Below the pieces are notes generated by a model. The model saw only the letters and a list, made by a program, of their open reading frames with translations. It was not told the DNA's origin and made no database searches. A stretch of DNA of 63,560 nt, filler included, from Octopus bimaculoides (lineage: Eukaryota): NCBI RefSeq assembly GCF_001194135.2. It is 10 parts of 10 records of this genome, joined end to end, with 100 filler letters (N's around TTAATTAATTAA, not from the genome) between each part and the next. Parts side by side here need not be neighbours in the genome. Positions count along the whole stretch, not along the records: positions 60,893 to 63,560 come from NC_068991.1; 9 more parts are not named here. One strand, given 5' to 3'. The position numbers and the translations under genes were made by a program. Of the stretch, positions 61,880-63,560 are shown in pieces. Within the stretch, counting starts at the first letter, position 1; each line of letters opens with the position of its first letter.

Positions 61880-62620
61880 GTTGGAAGCTCTTGTCTGACA
61901 ATAAGACTTGCTGGTTGTTACTTTTGCGAGACATTGCCAAGCTTAAACAGATGTCTTCTGTTTTGAAGTCCTTCTTTCATTTACATGACAAATTAACCAC
62001 AGTAATTTAAAAATTTTCTGAAAATGAAATGAGTGAAATTTACCTCTGGGATATGCGCATGTTTAAGATTGTATTTCAAACACATGCAGACACATTTGCG
62101 AAACAGAAAGAGAAAACCAATTCAGTTGCAGAAATGTCGACAAATTTAGAATCTGTTTATAAAATGATTGTAGAATGCAAGATTCAGAACATTATGCCCT
62201 TGAAAATTAAGGAAATGCTTGATCAAAAATGCACAGAAGGGAATGAGAAAGAGAATAACAAGTTTTGTACAGAAACAGTTAATCTATATGACAGCTGGAA
62301 AGATTACGTTAAGAAACAGATGAGACCAGTAGAAGATTTTTGCCTGTTTCAAGTGGACAAAACCAAATTGGACTGATGTGGAGGCATGTGTCAAATAGTT
62401 GATTGATGTTGGTGGTGGGGGGCGGGGTGGAAGGTGATGATGCAAATGGTTCAGCCTAAAGCAGTTTAGGGAAAATTATAAGATTCATGAATAATTTAAG
62501 TAATCTGTCAATACCTAAAAAAGTGGATCAGATATTTTGAGAAGTCAAAGAATATTGAATGTATCTCAGAATTTCAGAATTGTTAAGAATTACACAATAC
62601 TTTCCTTGTTATATCACCTT
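61880..62620 (+). pseudogene. hAT-superfamily transposase relic
   Basis: KTCWLLLL (TRW-like)...LKSFF...FSENEMSEIYLW...NSVAE...LKIKEMLDQK...LYDSWKDYVKKQMRPVEDF...SELLRITQYF; in-frame stops and frameshifts. Confidence 0.65.
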
Positions 62621-63057
62621 CAGAAACAAATCTTTTATCTTCAATCTTTTACTTGTTTTGATCATTAGATTGTGGCCATGCTGGAGCACTGCCTTGAAGA
62701 AACTTAACCTGGTACTTATTTTATTGTTCTCTTTTGCTGAACCACTAAGTTGCAGGGACATAAATGCACCAATACAAATTGTCAAGCAATTAGATAGATA
62801 GATAGTGGGCTTTTTTTCCATATCCATTTAACAAATCTGCTAACATATCTTTGTTTGGCACTGACCTATAATAGGCTCAAGATGTAGGACTGAAACCAAG
62901 ACACCATGGATGCAGCAAGATCTACTTAACCACACAATGAACCCTGCTCCATGCTTTGTAAACATGCATGTATGGGTGTGTGTGAGTGTGTGTGTGCATG
63001 TGTGTGTGCGTGTGTGTCTGTGTGTATGCAAAAATGATCACACATACACACACATGC

Positions 63058-63092
<35 letters not shown>

Positions 63093-63159
63093 TGCACGTA
63101 CACACACATGCACACACATACACATACATACATACATACATACATACATGCATATATAT

Positions 63160-63548
63160 ATATTGGCACATAAATAGCACCATCCGAGCAGGATCATTGC
63201 CAATGTCGCCTTACTGGCACTTGTGGTGGTGGCACGTGAAAAAACATTCAAGCGAGGTCGTTGCCAGTGCCGCTGGACTGGCTCCTGTGCAGGTGGCACA
63301 TAAAATACACAATTTTGAGCGTGGCCGTTGCCAGTACTGCCTGACTGGCCTTCATGTTGGTGGCACATAAATGCACCTGCTACACTCTCAGAGTGGTTGG
63401 CATTAGGAAAGGCATCCAGCTGTAGAAACTCTGCCAAATCAGATTGGAGCCTGGTGCAGCCATCCAGTTCGCCAGTCCTCAATCAAATCGTCCAACCCAT
63501 GCTAGCAAGGAAGGCGGACGTTAAACGACGACGATAATGATGATGATG
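63160..63548 (+). mobile_element. Long family C element with internal ~65-bp repeats
   Basis: Four GGCACRT(A/G)AA motifs about 65 bp apart precede the RTE-type tail and (GAT)n. Confidence 0.75.
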
Positions 63549-63560
63549 ATGATATATATA

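Overview
AT-rich, microsatellite-dense animal DNA. The SINE and DNA-transposon families look like those of Octopus (probably O. bimaculoides); this is recognition from memory, not a database result. The window is not one continuous locus. Nine identical 100-bp spacers (44 N + TTAATTAATTAA + 44 N) join about ten short scaffolds, so adjacency across them is not evidence. The only confidently recognised host gene is COP1 (RFWD2), with three minus-strand exons at 21423-25277; a fourth exon is required by reading phase and probably lies in the 22119-23090 gap. The rest is mostly mobile-element debris: tRNA-derived SINEs, a Penelope-like (PLE) reverse transcriptase, Tc1/mariner relics (maT-like, DD36E Tc1, rosa-like, mariner), a hAT relic, RTE and R4/Dong-like LINE pieces, a zinc-knuckle ORF1 relic and several long palindromes/MITEs. 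The most interesting signal is a set of at least six minimal type-I hammerhead-ribozyme-like motifs with different but always palindromic stem III sequences. One sits in a PLE terminal repeat and two sit inside a tRNA-headed SINE, suggesting a Pol III SINE family carrying a PLE-type ribozyme end. Catalytic activity is untested and most cores are mutated.
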